Positions 63,101 to 64,000 of a stretch of 64,000 nucleotides of DNA are shown here, piece after piece. The stretch's first letter is position 1. Every line of letters begins with the position of its first letter. A model generated the notes under the pieces. The model ran no database searches, was not told the origin of the DNA, and saw only the letters and a program-made list of their open reading frames with translations. Made by a program: the position numbers and the translations under genes. The DNA is from Thalia democratica (taxonomy: Eukaryota): positions 46,500,001 to 46,564,000 of the forward strand of contig OZ241827.1 of assembly GCA_965202585.1 (NCBI GenBank). The letters run 5' to 3'.

Positions 63101-64000
63101 AACTCACCTGCGTAGGGTGGTGAAGGACTGCACTAATTCCAACTTGTTTGGTTCAGTTTGTGAGTTTACGTGTTCGGATCCCAACTACGTACCTGAGAAG
63201 AATGACACTGTCATGACAAACTTTTGTCAGTTTAACGGAAGGTGGTCACACCCCGCCCCATGTTGCAAATGTCTGTTGATTTTTCAGCTAGTTTAGTCAA
63301 TTTAAACAAATACAAGTAAAAATTTGTCTTTTTCTCTTTTATTCTAGACACATAACAACCACGAATAATTGTTTTAATAAAAAACTTTTAGTGTACTGGA
63401 TTTTACATAAAACACACTTATTTTTTATTTAGAATCAGTACCTAAAAATTTTTTTCTTCTTCTTCTTTTAAATTCAGTTATTATTTTACAGTTCCATGCC
63501 CGCCTAAGACTATCATGGACCTGATTGTTGTTTTAGACTCATCTTCCTCAGTAGGAAAAAATAATTGGATACGAATGCAAAATTTCACAAGTGGAGTTCT
63601 TAGGTTTTGTTTTTGTTTTATCATATAGTAAATTCAATAGCTTTGATGAACTAAGTCTCTATTTAAAAACCAAAAGTGTTTGATTTAAACTCTAAAACAA
63701 TGGTAAAACAAATTTTGTAGTTTAAAAAATCATGTGTTCTTTCAACTAACTTAAAAAAAGACGGATTAGATGAAAATCTAAAAACTACTTTGATAAAATG
63801 ATAACGTCTACAATAAGTTCATCTTACAAATCATAACTGTTAAAGCGTAGCTTTTATAAATTTTTCCTAATATTGAAAGTTATCTAATAATGTTGATAAT
63901 TACAACAGTCAGTTTATATTGAGCGAAGAATTTGTTCAAGTTTTTTTGATGCGATACAACTCTGAAGTAGACGAAAAAAATCAAGTAATGTTACGAAATA
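57184..64000 (+). CDS. Secreted/extracellular protein: signal peptide - LU (Ly6/uPAR) domain - 3 CCP/sushi domains - vWA domain (continues beyond window)
   Basis: Phase-compatible exons 57184-57241, 57684-57769, 58000-58104, 58233-58353, 60115-60225, 60485-60559, 62275-62391, 62859-62951, 63082-63270, 63492-63603, 63909->64000. MFLITVVVASLVLGLPSTQ; LU: LDCWEC...CFTE...CKQEEAC...C...CRCCCSHDGCN; CCPs with C..GF/Y...G.....C and W....P.C; vWA MDLIVVLDSSSSVG with a MIDAS DxSxS motif. Confidence 0.9.

Noticed and set aside
1-64000. PARP + poly-SLD + cadherin-like + LU-CCP-vWA as a co-functional immune cluster
   Set aside because: This is thematically tempting, but the genes are unrelated, are separated by TE-rich spacers, and nothing in the sequence shows co-regulation. 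Synteny and co-expression data would be needed.

Overview
AT-rich (roughly three-quarters A+T by eye), intron-rich animal genomic DNA. The repeat and gene content is consistent with a hydrozoan such as Hydra, but this is inferred, not proven. Four host loci were reconstructed by hand, mostly invisible to the ORF track. (1) An uninterrupted minus-strand PARP-family ADP-ribosyltransferase ORF starting at 808 and running off the left edge. (2) A 15-exon minus-strand gene (20941-15477) with SEVEN tandem SUMO-like domains separated by acidic/Ser/Asn-rich linkers; this copy is disabled by stops and frameshifts. (3) A 13-exon, 773-codon type I membrane protein with divergent cadherin-like repeats (43564-36478, minus). 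(4) A plus-strand signal peptide-LU(Ly6/uPAR)-3xCCP-vWA gene from 57184 running off the right edge, with one GC-AG intron. The mobile fraction is dominated by Penelope-like retroelements (PLEs). The largest is a very young 3.4-kb head-to-head palindrome (1685-bp arms, 35-bp loop, both arms carrying the same frameshift) with a minimal hammerhead ribozyme near each outer end. There is also an orphan PLE 3' end with an intact hammerhead, an older PLE with a decayed hammerhead, and a Naiad-like PLE relic. Several hAT elements/MITEs with target-site duplications (TSDs), a mariner-like foldback, and a MULE-like element with 15-bp repeat termini are also present. Top leads are the poly-SUMO-like gene and the ribozyme-capped PLE palindrome.
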